NCBI GenBank assembly: GCA_965197645.1
Contig: OZ240219.1
Coordinates: forward strand, 2,176,001-2,240,000
Reading direction: 5' to 3'
Source of the DNA: Dehalococcoidia bacterium
GTDB taxonomy: Bacteria; Chloroflexota; Dehalococcoidia; Plut-88900
DNA: 64,000 nt
The notes below the pieces were generated by a model that did not search any database, was not told the origin of the DNA, and saw only the letters and a program-made list of their open reading frames with translations. The first letter of the stretch is position 1. Every line of letters starts with the position of its first letter. The position numbers were made by a program, and so were the translations under genes. Shown piece after piece: positions 29,377 through 39,568 of the stretch.

Positions 29377-30246
29377 ATGCAATACGGAGTAGTTTTCCCG
29401 CAGACTGAAATAGGCTCAGACCCGGGACCCGTGAAAGAGTTCGCCCAGGCCGCCGAACGCTTGGGCTACGATAGCTTGATGATCTACGACCACGTTGTGG
29501 GCGGCGATCCTGCCACCAGGCCCGGTTGGGACGGCTTCTATCAGCTGCAGCACCTGTTCCACGAACCATTCGTCCTGATGGGCTACCTGGCCGGAGCTAC
29601 CGAGAGGATCCAGTTCGTCACCGGAATCATCATCCTGCCCCAGCGTCAGACTGCACTGGTGGCGAAACAGGCGGCGGAGGTCGACGTGTTGAGCGGCGGC
29701 CGGCTGGTGTTGGGGATCGGCGTGGGCTGGAACGATATCGAGTTCGAGGCCCTGGGTGAGAACTTCAAGGACCGGGGACGCCGCTCCGAGGAGCAGATGG
29801 AAGTGCTCAGGACTCTTTGGACCAGCGAGTCGGTGGATTTCACCGGCAAGTGGCACCGCATCGATAATGCCGGGCTTAACCCCCTTCCCGTCCAACGCCC
29901 CATTCCCATGTGGATAGGTGGAGACATCGATGTGGTGCTCAAGAGGATCGGCCGTCTCGGCGATGGCTGGATACCCCTGGGCCTACCGGACCAGTCCAAA
30001 GGCGCCGTGGAAAAGCTGCGGAGCTACACCCGGGACGCCGGGCGGGATCCGGCCGACATCGCCGTGGCTGCGGTGGCCCATCTGGAGACCAGCAGCTTCA
30101 GTGAAGTCATCGATGAGGCCAAGGCCTGGAAGGAGCTGGGCGCCACCCACTTCTACGTCGATACCATGCGGGCCGGCCTGGACACCCCACAGCAGCACAT
30201 CGAGACCATCACCGAGTTCAAGAAGGCCCTCGAGGAGGTGGGCTAG
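29377..30246 (+). CDS. LLM-class F420-dependent oxidoreductase
   Basis: YDHV, LPQRQTALVAKQ and GIGVGWN..EF motifs. Confidence 0.9.
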   Translation: MQYGVVFPQTEIGSDPGPVKEFAQAAERLGYDSLMIYDHVVGGDPATRPGWDGFYQLQHLFHEPFVLMGYLAGATERIQFVTGIIILPQRQTALVAKQAAEVDVLSGGRLVLGIGVGWNDIEFEALGENFKDRGRRSEEQMEVLRTLWTSESVDFTGKWHRIDNAGLNPLPVQRPIPMWIGGDIDVVLKRIGRLGDGWIPLGLPDQSKGAVEKLRSYTRDAGRDPADIAVAAVAHLETSSFSEVIDEAKAWKELGATHFYVDTMRAGLDTPQQHIETITEFKKALEEVG

Positions 30247-30826
30247 AGGCAGGGCGAGGCCCTGCACCCATAACATGAAGGAAGAGATCCCGAAGCGCGT
30301 CTTTGCCGGGCCTGCCTGACGGCAAGGCAGGAGCCTGAAAGCCTGCTCTGAGCCCACCGAAGGGGTGTCCCTCGGACACCACTTGTCCTCCCATTCCGGC
30401 CGGCGGATGGTCGAAACAGACCAGATTGCTTCGCTTCCTCCGACCCCCTCAGAACTGACTCTCCCTCGCTTGCAACGACGGCCAAGGCTAGATTGAATCC
30501 ATACCTTCGTCATTGCGAGCCCCGACGAGGTCGGGGCGTGGCAATCTGGCGAGGTGTGGAACCCCTCCCCAGGTGGTTGTTCCCTCCCGCCCACCCTGGG
30601 GGGTTATGTGTCTTGGGGGAACATCCCCCAGGCCCCCTGCCAGAGGCAGGGCGAGGCCCTGCACCCACAACATGAGGGAAGAGAGCGAAGCCCCTTTGAC
30701 GGGAGTCTGAGAGCCTGCCCTGAGCCCGCCGAAGGGGTATCCCTCGGAAATTCTCTTGTTTTCTGTCTCCTTGCCAGGGGGAAGTTCCCATCTGGATTTC
30801 CCCAAAGCGGGGTTCCGAGACAGGCT
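30245..30826. repeat. Large mosaic of nested repeat modules between convergent genes
   Basis: About 43-nt direct repeat (30245..30287 and 30642..30684), two inverted B modules, C+A modules, and a MITE right end (GGTTCCGAGACAGGCTC). Confidence 0.8.
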
Positions 30827-33729
30827 CACGCGCTGGTCTTGACGGCGTCTCGAAGCACCTCTACCAGGTGCCTCGCCCTGCGGCCTGTGCCGTGCTCTAT
30901 CTGCTGGCGGCACGAAATGCCGGTCACAGCTACCTCCCACTCCGCTCCCTTGCCCCGCACTGCGGGGAACAACCTGTCCTCACCTATAGCCATCGATAAA
31001 TCGTAGTGCTCCTTCTCATAGCCGAAGGCGCCGGCCATTCCGCAGCACCCCGCATTGACCAGCTCGACCGAGTGGCCCGGCGGCATCGAGAGGGCCTTGA
31101 TAGAGGCCCCCGTACCCAGTAGCGCTTTCTGGTGACAGTGGCCGTGGAACAGGACCGATCTGGAATCGCCGCTAAACGTCAGGCCCAAGTTACCCTGCTC
31201 CTGGCACCTCACCAGGAACTCATCGATGAGAAGCGATTGTTCCGCCACCACCTTCGATTTTTCGTTCCGAAGCAGGTCGGGATACTCGTCCCGAAGGGTC
31301 AGGAGGCAGCTGGGCTCGCACCCGATGATGAGCGTTCCCTGGGATGCCCAGGGATACAGGCGGTCGACGTTGCGTTCGGCCTGGTTCTTTGCCCTGGCAA
31401 GCATCCCCTTCGAGATCATCGGCCGCCCGCAGCAGCCGGCGTTGGCCAGGACCACCCTGTACCCGGCCTGCTCCAGCAGCTCCACCGCGGCGATGCCCAC
31501 CTCAGGGGTGTTGAAGTTCATGAAAGTGTCGTTGAAGAGAACCACTTCACCCTTTGCGCCATCGCCCAGGGGCCGATGCGACCTGAACCACGCCGGAAAG
31601 GTCTGCTTGGCGAAGCTCGGCAACGGCCGGTCTTTGTGCACCCGGAGTAGCGAGTGCAGCAACCCTCGAGCGCCAGGCGCCTTGCTCAGCCAGTTCGATA
31701 TGGGGCTGAGGGCACACCCCAGCCGATTCAGCCGGTTGATGTTGGCGAACAGCCGGGAACGCAAGGGTATCCCGTGGGCTGAGTTGTAATTGTCCAGGAA
31801 CTCGTACTTCAGCTTGGCCATGTCCACCAGCGAAGGGCACTCGCCCTTGCAGCCTTTGCACTCGAGGCACAGGTCCAGAGCGTCGTGGAGTCGTCGGCTG
31901 GCCAGCCCGTCCTTGGACATGGTCCCGGAGAGGACGGCTCTGAGCAGGTTGGCTCGACCCCGCGTCGAGTGCTCCTCCTCCTTTGTGACCTGGTAGGAGG
32001 GGCACATCGTCCCGTCCGCCTTCCTGCAGGCGCCCATCCCGTTGCACATCTCCACTGCGCCGGCGTAGCTCCCGAACTTTGAAAAGTCCAGGCTGGCGGT
32101 GACGTGACGGGCCTTATAGCTGGCGCCGTACCGCAGGTTTTCGTCCATCGGCGGGCATTGGACTATCTTCCCCGGATTCATGATGCCCTGGGGGTCGAAG
32201 GCATTTTTCAGCTCGACGAAGGCATCGTACAGCTTGGGGCCGAACATCTTGGAGGTCCATACCCCTCGGACGATGCCGTCGCCGTGTTCACCGCTCAGAG
32301 AGCCTCCGAACTCAAGGACGAGGTCCGCCACCTCCTCGGCGATGGACAGCATGCCGTCGATCCCCTGCCGCGTCTTGAGGTTGATCAGAGGCCGGATGTG
32401 GAGGCAGCCGACGCTGGCGTGCCCATAGTACCCCGCCTCAGTGCTGTGGGCCTTGACGATCTCATCGAATCTTCTAACGAAGTCTCCCAGCTTCTCCGGG
32501 TCGACAGCGGTGTCCTCTACGAAGGGGATCGGTTTGGCGTCGCCGGTCACACTCATCAGCAGGCCCAGGCCGGCCTTGCGTACCGACCACGCCTTGGCCT
32601 GCGCACCCCCGTCCGACAGGTTGACGCAGGCGTATCCTAACCCCCGTCCCAGCATATCCGTTCGGAAAGCCTCCATCTTGCCGGCGACCTCGGCCTCCGT
32701 GTCCCCGAAGTGCTCGACGAGGAGCATCGCCCCCGGGTCACCTTCGACAAAGGTCATGTTGCGGCTGACGGCCAGCGATGACCGGGCCAACCTCAACACC
32801 ATGTCGTCGACAAACTCCACGGCTGCCGGACCGTGCTCCAGCACCGCCGGTGCGGCGTCGCACGCCTCGAAGATGTCCTTGAAGTGGAGGACCGACGTGC
32901 CGGTGCACCGCGGCACGGGCTCCAGCTTCACTTTCGCCTCGGTTATGGTGCACAGAGTTCCTTCCGAGCCTACGATCAGACGGGCCAGGTTGAACGGCCT
33001 GCCGCCGGTATATTCGTCCAGGTTGTAGCCGCTGACCCGCCGCATGATCCTCGGGTAGCGGGCCTCTATCTCCGCACTGTTCTCCCGGGCGATTCTCAAC
33101 GCCTCCCGATGCACCTCCGACTCGAAGTTGTCTCCCGCCATCCTGGCCTCCAACTCCTCCGGGGAGAGTGTCCTCAGGTGGGACTGGCTGCCGTCGGACA
33201 GTATCACTTGCAACTCCATCACCTGGTCCAGAGTTTTGCCGTAGAGGATGGAGTGAGCGCCGCAGGAGTTGTTCCCGATGGCGCCCCCTATGGTCGAGCG
33301 ATTGGCCGTCGTAGGGTCGGGAGCGAAATGAAGCCGATGGTCCGATAGCTGACGGTTCAGCGATTCCAGCACTATCCCCGGCTGCACCCGTGCCCACCCC
33401 TCTTCGGCATCGACCTCCAACACGCTGCTCATGTACTTGCTGAAGTCCATGACGATGCCATGGTTTACTGCCTGCCCCGATAGGCTGGTGCCTCCGCCAC
33501 GGGGAAGCAGAGGGACCCGCTCCCGTTTGGCCAGGTCCACCACGGCCAGCACGTCGTCCACGTTGCGGGGCACGACTACCCCCACGGGCATCATCTGGTA
33601 GATGCTGGCATCGGTGCTGTAGAGGACGCGGGAGGCCTGATCGAAGCGCACCTCTCCGGACACCCGCTTGGTCAGCTCGCGGGCCAGCTCCTCGGTCTCA
33701 CGCCGGCTTTTCGTCGCGCTGGAGGCCAT
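30826..33729 (-). CDS. FAD-linked oxidase with Fe-S domain (YdiJ / GlcD-GlcF fusion)
   Basis: RGGGTSL.GQ, GSEGTL, GEHGDG, CNGMGAC, CLECKGCKGECP and CCG domains. Confidence 0.92.
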   Translation of the reverse strand: MASSATKSRRETEELARELTKRVSGEVRFDQASRVLYSTDASIYQMMPVGVVVPRNVDDVLAVVDLAKRERVPLLPRGGGTSLSGQAVNHGIVMDFSKYMSSVLEVDAEEGWARVQPGIVLESLNRQLSDHRLHFAPDPTTANRSTIGGAIGNNSCGAHSILYGKTLDQVMELQVILSDGSQSHLRTLSPEELEARMAGDNFESEVHREALRIARENSAEIEARYPRIMRRVSGYNLDEYTGGRPFNLARLIVGSEGTLCTITEAKVKLEPVPRCTGTSVLHFKDIFEACDAAPAVLEHGPAAVEFVDDMVLRLARSSLAVSRNMTFVEGDPGAMLLVEHFGDTEAEVAGKMEAFRTDMLGRGLGYACVNLSDGGAQAKAWSVRKAGLGLLMSVTGDAKPIPFVEDTAVDPEKLGDFVRRFDEIVKAHSTEAGYYGHASVGCLHIRPLINLKTRQGIDGMLSIAEEVADLVLEFGGSLSGEHGDGIVRGVWTSKMFGPKLYDAFVELKNAFDPQGIMNPGKIVQCPPMDENLRYGASYKARHVTASLDFSKFGSYAGAVEMCNGMGACRKADGTMCPSYQVTKEEEHSTRGRANLLRAVLSGTMSKDGLASRRLHDALDLCLECKGCKGECPSLVDMAKLKYEFLDNYNSAHGIPLRSRLFANINRLNRLGCALSPISNWLSKAPGARGLLHSLLRVHKDRPLPSFAKQTFPAWFRSHRPLGDGAKGEVVLFNDTFMNFNTPEVGIAAVELLEQAGYRVVLANAGCCGRPMISKGMLARAKNQAERNVDRLYPWASQGTLIIGCEPSCLLTLRDEYPDLLRNEKSKVVAEQSLLIDEFLVRCQEQGNLGLTFSGDSRSVLFHGHCHQKALLGTGASIKALSMPPGHSVELVNAGCCGMAGAFGYEKEHYDLSMAIGEDRLFPAVRGKGAEWEVAVTGISCRQQIEHGTGRRARHLVEVLRDAVKTSA

Positions 33730-34397
33730 TAGACCAGGCCGCATACCTGCGCCGGAGTCTCAAGCAGGTAGTCGGGCTCGGATTGGACCAGCAGTTCCTT
33801 GGCTGTGGCCCCCCATAGAGCGCCCGCCGAGGTGACCTCCGCGTTCTTGGCCGCCGTTATATCGATGTGGCTGTCGCCAACCATCAGCGCTTCTGCCGAG
33901 GTGATGTCCAGCTTGTCCAGGGCGAACAGTATAGGCGCCGGCTTTGGTTTGCTTTCTTCCACGTCTCCCCAGCCGACGACACAGTCGAACAGGTCCAGCA
34001 CGCCCAGTCGCTGCATCTCCACCACCACCCCGTAAGGCCCGTCCTCGTTTTCCAGGAGCTTGGCCTTGGAAGTGACAATCCCCAGGAGGACTCCCTGGTC
34101 CTTTAGCCGGCCCAGCATCTCCTCGATGCCATCGAACAGCCGGACCGATTTGGTGCCGTTTCGCCAGTACCACCTCTGGTAGTCGGTCCACATCTTCTGG
34201 GCCGTTTCCCGGTCACCGACCAGGTCCGTCCAGATGTCGATCTGGGGCCGGCCCGCCCAGTCCTTCATTACCTGGTCCAGGTCTACGCTAGAGTCCAGCA
34301 CCCCCTCGGCGGCGACCTCCGCGGCCTTGATACGGGCGGAGAAGGTGTCGCACAGAGTATCGTCGTAATCGAACAGGACGGCCTTGAATGGGGACAT
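33729..34397 (-). CDS. HAD-IA hydrolase (Gph/PpaX-like)
   Basis: FDYDDT, VTSK, KP.P and GDS..D; TAATG coupling to the next gene. Confidence 0.88.
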   Translation of the reverse strand: MSPFKAVLFDYDDTLCDTFSARIKAAEVAAEGVLDSSVDLDQVMKDWAGRPQIDIWTDLVGDRETAQKMWTDYQRWYWRNGTKSVRLFDGIEEMLGRLKDQGVLLGIVTSKAKLLENEDGPYGVVVEMQRLGVLDLFDCVVGWGDVEESKPKPAPILFALDKLDITSAEALMVGDSHIDITAAKNAEVTSAGALWGATAKELLVQSEPDYLLETPAQVCGLV

Positions 34398-34409
34398 CAG
34401 ATGCTCAAG

Positions 34410-35741
34410 CTAGCTCGGGATGTACTTGCGCCAGTCGAGCGTGGCTTCCGGCTGGTCGACATAAAGAGGCTGTACCGCGTGCAATACCTCGATGGCGGCG
34501 CGACGTCCGGTCTCCAGAGCTCCATGCACACACTCCGCACTCCGACCTTCGGCGGTCGCCTCTCCGGCCCAGTACAGAGGTGGTGTAGGGGAAGCCAGGT
34601 CGGCCCGCAGCCCGCCTCCACCAACGGTCCCCACGCTCACGCCGCCCAGCGCCCACGGGTCTGCGGCCCAATCTACGATGTCCAGGCTGACCAGCTCCTC
34701 TTCCAGGTCGACCCCCGGAAACATCTCTCCCAGCTCGCTGAACATCATCGAGCGAATCCTACCCGGATCGCCCTTGAACTCCTCGGCGCGGTCCGCTCCC
34801 AGGAACATGATCAGGGTCGGTGGGCCGGGCCTGTCCCAGAAGTGGGAGCTGTAGCTACCGAGCAACGAGTCTCCGTGCTGGAAGCCGAGGACCTTGCCCA
34901 GCGTATCCTCCCAGAAGGGCCGCTGGGACTCGACCACCACCTTTATGAGCGGTCCCATTCCCAACTCCTCTATAGCCCGCGCCTTTTTCTCTGTCAGCTC
35001 CGGGGTGAACTCGATCTTCCCGGACTGCAGCACCCCGAGCGATGCGGTGACGATGGCGGTCTTTGCTTCAAACTCCCCCGCTGAAGAGTGTACCCGTACT
35101 CCGTCCTCTCCCCACTCGACGGCTGAGGCCGGGCTGTCGAACCGGACGGAGTCCATTAACGGCTCGCTCAACCTGCGCCACAGCTCGCTGTAACCCTCCA
35201 CGATCGAGAAGTTCAGGCTCTCCGGAGACACCAGGCTCCAGGCGTGCTGAGCCGACTTGGAGCTCGCTTTGTGGGGATCTATCGGCGTCATGATCCGCAT
35301 CGTAGACGTGATCGAGTCCAGCTGGGCTTCGCTGAATCCGTAGTTCACCAATGCCTCGTGCAGGCTGACGTTGTCCCCATCCGGACAGTCCAGCGCCTCT
35401 GCTAACTGCCTGTAAGCCTGGTCGATATCCGGTTCCGGATCGTAGTTCCACTCGCCGTTTTCGAACACCGGGTTTAGACGCCTTTCTTCCATCGGCACGA
35501 AATGGGTCGTCAGACCGAGCCGGACCAGCAGCTCCCAGGTTGCCACCGTCGCACCGTGTACCAGCTGAGCGCCCCGCTCGACGGCGCTGCCGTCGGAGAG
35601 GGGCTTGCTGTGAGCCCTGCCCCCAATGTGGTCCCGGGCTTCCAGCACCAGCATCCTTCTGCCCGCTTCCTGAAGGGTGACGCCGGCGATCAGGCCCGCA
35701 GGCCCGGCTCCGATTACTATGCAATCATACTCTTCAGCCAT
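34410..35741 (-). CDS. Flavin-dependent amine oxidase family protein
   Basis: GAGPAG, EARDHIGGR and AGEAT...VHGALETG motifs. Confidence 0.9.
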   Translation of the reverse strand: MAEEYDCIVIGAGPAGLIAGVTLQEAGRRMLVLEARDHIGGRAHSKPLSDGSAVERGAQLVHGATVATWELLVRLGLTTHFVPMEERRLNPVFENGEWNYDPEPDIDQAYRQLAEALDCPDGDNVSLHEALVNYGFSEAQLDSITSTMRIMTPIDPHKASSKSAQHAWSLVSPESLNFSIVEGYSELWRRLSEPLMDSVRFDSPASAVEWGEDGVRVHSSAGEFEAKTAIVTASLGVLQSGKIEFTPELTEKKARAIEELGMGPLIKVVVESQRPFWEDTLGKVLGFQHGDSLLGSYSSHFWDRPGPPTLIMFLGADRAEEFKGDPGRIRSMMFSELGEMFPGVDLEEELVSLDIVDWAADPWALGGVSVGTVGGGGLRADLASPTPPLYWAGEATAEGRSAECVHGALETGRRAAIEVLHAVQPLYVDQPEATLDWRKYIPS

Positions 35742-35898
35742 CTCTCACCTTCGGGATAAGGTAGTGCATACAACTCACTGCTGTCGCTTATACTGGAGCG
35801 CTCCCAGGTTGTCAAGGATTTCTGTTGACGGTTGGCCGGCGCCACGGTTACACTCCAACCCTACTCACCCAGAACCGTGAAATCTAGAGGATGGCAAG

Positions 35899-36519
35899 AT
35901 GGCTGATCCCGTGAAGGTGCAGGTCTTCTCCGACTACATATGACCCTGGTGCTACATCGGTCTGGAGCGGATCGAACGACTGGAGTCCGAGTACGACGTC
36001 GATGTCGAGTGGAAGGCCTTTCTACTCAAACCCGACGTTCCCCCCGAGGGGGAGCCGTATCCCCTCAAGGAAGGCGAGACCAACGAGCTCAGGGGCCACA
36101 TGAGAGACTCGGCGGAGGAGGCCGGCCTGACGAAAATGCGCCGCCAGACCCTCACTCCCAACACCCGCCCCTCCTTCGAGGTGGGGGAGTTCGCCAAGGA
36201 GAAAGGCCTCTTCGACCAGTTCCACAAGAGCATGTTCCAGGCCTTCTGGGAAGAGGGCAAGAACATCGGCGCCGATGGCGTCTTGGAGCAGATCCTGCAA
36301 AGCTCCGGCCTGGACTGGGAAGAATACGCATCCTCGGAGCACCGAACCCACTATACTCAAAAGGTGGAGGGCCAGCTAATGGAGTCCCGTATGTACGGGA
36401 TAACGGGGGTACCCGCCTTCATCCTGGACAGGTATCTGATCTCGGGGGCGCAGCCCTACCAGGTCTTTCAGCAGGTGATGGAGCACATCCAGAAGGAGCG
36501 CAGCTCAGAGGGGCCCTAG
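35899..36519 (+). CDS. DsbA/FrnE-family thiol oxidoreductase, probable selenoprotein (U-P-W-C)
   Basis: ATG 35899 gives MADPVKVQVFSDYI-[TGA 35941]-PWCYIG, in frame with ORF 36100..36519 (GITGVPAF, SGAQP); a hairpin follows the TGA. Confidence 0.85.
35957..35975 (+). promoter_or_regulatory. Bacterial SECIS-like hairpin
   Basis: Stem TCGGTCT/GGATCGA with loop GGAGC; 20 nt separate the loop from the TGA. Confidence 0.65.
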
Positions 36520-36607
36520 TCTCGGTCTTGCAGGCCTGTTCTGTTCGAAAGGAGACCTTGGGCGGGTCGCCGGTGAATGCGACCCGGCGTTGATAATAGG
36601 TTAAGTC

Positions 36608-36949
36608 CTACCCGTCCTCGAACGCTTCCGGCTGCTGGTACACGTTGAACGTCAGCCCGTAGGGATCGCTCAAGTAACAGGGCCTACCCAGGCCCTCCCA
36701 CCGGACCACGCGACACCCGGCCCCTACCAGCTCCCTCTTCGCCTCCTCTATGTCGGGCACCAGAAACTCCATGACCGGCCCCTTCCTATCTCCCGGGTCG
36801 ACATAAAGTGTGATGGGTCCAGCTTCGAACGCCGTCGAATCCCCCTCCACTCCTTTGATTGGAAGGCCCAATACGTCCCTGTAGAACCCCACAGCCGCCT
36901 CGGCGTCCGGAGCCTCCAGAGCGATGTTAGTGCTGTACTTGTACGGCAC
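36608..36949 (-). CDS. VOC/glyoxalase family protein
   Basis: AVGFYRDVLGL and DPYG motifs. Confidence 0.85.
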   Translation of the reverse strand: MPYKYSTNIALEAPDAEAAVGFYRDVLGLPIKGVEGDSTAFEAGPITLYVDPGDRKGPVMEFLVPDIEEAKRELVGAGCRVVRWEGLGRPCYLSDPYGLTFNVYQQPEAFEDG

Positions 36950-37049
36950 AAAAGTCCTCCATACCCTTGCTTAAGCTGGCATCTTTTCCATGCCTCTACA
37001 AGCATATACTCGGTGGCCCCCTCATCGTGAAGCGGTAGGACGAAAGCTC

Positions 37050-38053
37050 TCAGTTGAAGAATGGATCTTGGCCCTGTTCAATTCCAGCGACGATCCGTGA
37101 CTTCCTTTTGACCCAATCCATGTAAGAGATGTAGTAGGCAGGGTCGTGCTTCTGGATAGCTGCTCGCATTTCTACAATTTGCCGCTGGTCTCCCTTCAGC
37201 TCGAGTTCCTCCAACTGCCGGGTCAAGTTCTGCAAAGTAGGGTCAGTTGTTTCGGGCGGCTGAAGAGCCTCTCTTCGCTGGGTCACGTGGACGCGGGTCG
37301 CTTCTCCCTTCAGCTTCTTGATTGCTCCTCCGAGTACCCCTCTTACGTCACTATGGTCCTCCATGTCCATCGCTCTACGCAAAGCTGACTCAGACTCGTA
37401 GAAGCGGATATCCCCCAATGCCCAGGCCGACCATTGTCTTACCTCCACCGACCGATCATTAAGGGCCGCTATCAGGCGAGGTCCCGCATCCTGAAACTTC
37501 AAATTGCCCAGTGCCCAGGCAGACCATGCTCGGACATCTTTCCACGGATCATCAAGCGCAGCGATCAAGCGTGGCCCCGCCTCCCGATACTTCAAATTGC
37601 CCAGCGCATAAGCCGACCATTCTCTTACCTCCGGTGACGGATCGTTAAGGGCCGCGATCAAGCGTGGCCCTGCCTCCCGATACTTCAACTTGCCAAGAGC
37701 TGAGGCTGAATATGCTCGAACTCCTGGCGAACGATCATCGAGAGTGGTTACCAAGCGTGGCCCCGCCTCCAGGTAACGCAGCTCGCCCAGCTTCCACGCC
37801 GCCCATGCTCGAACTTCTGGTGACCGCTCATCAAGAGCGTCGATAAGGAGTTGCGCCGTCCCTGGTATCTCTGCTTGCTTATATCCCATGTACATCTGCT
37901 CCCGGCGTTAGAGTCCTCTTCAGATTGAAGCAATTCAACAACGTTCAGACCAAATTGAGAGCGCTTTTCCTCGGTGGCAAGCTGCTGCCTTTGCCCTTCT
38001 GCAAGCCTCTTCACTCGGCGTCCAATCACGGCTTGTCCGACGACTTCGGTCAT
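37050..38053 (-). pseudogene. HEAT/PBS-lyase repeat protein with apparent frameshift near 37860
   Basis: 31-aa (93-nt) repeats; the upstream frame (ATG 38053, overlapping the previous stop) carries the first half of a repeat that continues in a different frame. Confidence 0.7.
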
Positions 38054-39510
38054 TCGTTGCGAAGCTCTTCGGGCCACGGAACATCGCTGGGCAGCGGGCG
38101 GACCGGGGCACGGTGGGAGGCCCGCGGCGCCTGGCCCAGTTCCACACCCGCGGCTTGAGCCGACAACATGGCGATCTCCTCCCGGCACCGTCTTCCCTGG
38201 CAGTGGCCCAGGCCGGCGCGGGTGGTCCGCTTCACCTGGTCCAGATCGAGAGCCCCAGCGTTCTTCAGACCTTCGAAATTGCGGGCGCCCTGCTCCTTGC
38301 CTACACGCCCCAGAGGCTTCGGGGGAGCGGCGTCAAGGAGCTCCCCGCGGGTTACCTCCTCGCAGGGGCACACGTGGACATCCATACCTCCGGCGGATAC
38401 CAGCGACGACAGCCAGGCTGAGCGATACGCGGCGACGGGACCGCCTCCCACGACGCCCAATGTCGGGATCAACCCCGTTCGCGTCTTCTCGGCCTCAGCT
38501 TCGTCTACCAGCCCCAGCGATTCGGCGACCGAAAGCGCCGCCAGCCTACCCTGTCTCGCCGCTATCTCCGGGTTGTGTACCATGTTCTCGGTGAACCCGT
38601 CGACGTCACCGGCCACGTAGACATTGCCCACCCTGGTGCGCCGGTACTCGTCCCGGTCCGGCACGTAGCCGCCAAGCTCGGCCCGGAAGCTCATGAGACA
38701 TCCGGTGAGATCGGCAAGCTCCACGTTGGGTACCAGGCCTATAGCCAGGCACACGGTGTCGCAACCTATCTCCGTTTCGCTGTCTCCGTCTATCGGGCGG
38801 ATGACCAGAGACTCAACTTCCCTGTGGCCTCGTGCCTCCTGTACGGTGTGGGAGGTATGGAAAGGAACGCCTGTCGCTTCCACCTTCAATCGGAGGTCCT
38901 CCGATCCCCTCACTTCGGTCGATACGTCCACGATGCCGGCCACTTCGATGTTGTGCTCCATGGCCTTCAAGGCTGTCGCCAGCCCCAGGTCTCCGGAACC
39001 GAGAACGACCATCCTGGTCCCGTTCAGCGCCTGGTATCGACTGATGAGGGAATCGACGGCGTTGGCACCCATGACACCTGCCAGGTTACGGCCGGGAAAG
39101 CCAAGCACAAAATCCCTGGCCCCCGTGGCCAGTATCAGGTTGTCGTACTCCAGGAGCCAGGCCCGCTTGTCATCGGCGAGGCCAAGAATCGGCGCCTCTA
39201 GCTGACGGCCGTGCTCCTGGCTGACGAAACTGCCCCACACGTAGGTGCCCAGCTGCACGTCGACGCCAGCGTCTCCAACGGAAGAGAGCAGGCTATTGGA
39301 CTGGACTATTCGTCGGAGCATCAACTCCTTGTCCTGGACAGTGGTCATCATCCTCTGGCCGAAGTAGAGGGGTACGTCCGAGGCCATCATCGATAAGTCC
39401 AGGGGGTTCTCGTCGATGAGGGTAACCTCAACGCCTAACCTGGCAGCCTCGAGGGCCGCCGACGCTCCCGCAACCCCGCCGCCCACAACCGCTAGCTGTA
39501 CCCTGTCCAT
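38050..39510 (-). CDS. FAD/NAD(P)-dependent oxidoreductase with BFD-like [2Fe-2S] domain (HcnB/SoxA/OoxA-like)
   Basis: GGGVAG, ATGA, GSGDLG, YVAGD and CPCEEV...GHCQGRRC motifs. Confidence 0.85.
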   Translation of the reverse strand: MDRVQLAVVGGGVAGASAALEAARLGVEVTLIDENPLDLSMMASDVPLYFGQRMMTTVQDKELMLRRIVQSNSLLSSVGDAGVDVQLGTYVWGSFVSQEHGRQLEAPILGLADDKRAWLLEYDNLILATGARDFVLGFPGRNLAGVMGANAVDSLISRYQALNGTRMVVLGSGDLGLATALKAMEHNIEVAGIVDVSTEVRGSEDLRLKVEATGVPFHTSHTVQEARGHREVESLVIRPIDGDSETEIGCDTVCLAIGLVPNVELADLTGCLMSFRAELGGYVPDRDEYRRTRVGNVYVAGDVDGFTENMVHNPEIAARQGRLAALSVAESLGLVDEAEAEKTRTGLIPTLGVVGGGPVAAYRSAWLSSLVSAGGMDVHVCPCEEVTRGELLDAAPPKPLGRVGKEQGARNFEGLKNAGALDLDQVKRTTRAGLGHCQGRRCREEIAMLSAQAAGVELGQAPRASHRAPVRPLPSDVPWPEELRNE

Positions 39511-39568
39511 GATCGTATCGAGGCGTTAGTCCGGGTCGTGGGGAACGCGCTCTCCGGGCATATGGGAC

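Noticed and set aside
18873-30826. Repeats as a CRISPR array
   Set aside because: Dispersed and modular, with no regular repeat-spacer periodicity and no cas genes.
30243-31006. Many short ORFs across the repeat mosaics (also 23695..24281 and 20731..20925)
   Set aside because: They are translations of non-coding repeats; their mutual similarity reflects the DNA repeat.
35940-36593. 217-aa ORF starting at the ATGA overlapping the DsbA TGA
   Set aside because: Arg/Gly/Pro-rich shadow frame with no family motifs; the DsbA frame explains the region.
38026-38052. TGA at the end of the FAD oxidoreductase as a second Sec codon
   Set aside because: Not at a Cys position, another TGA follows within 8 codons, and it overlaps the next ATG.
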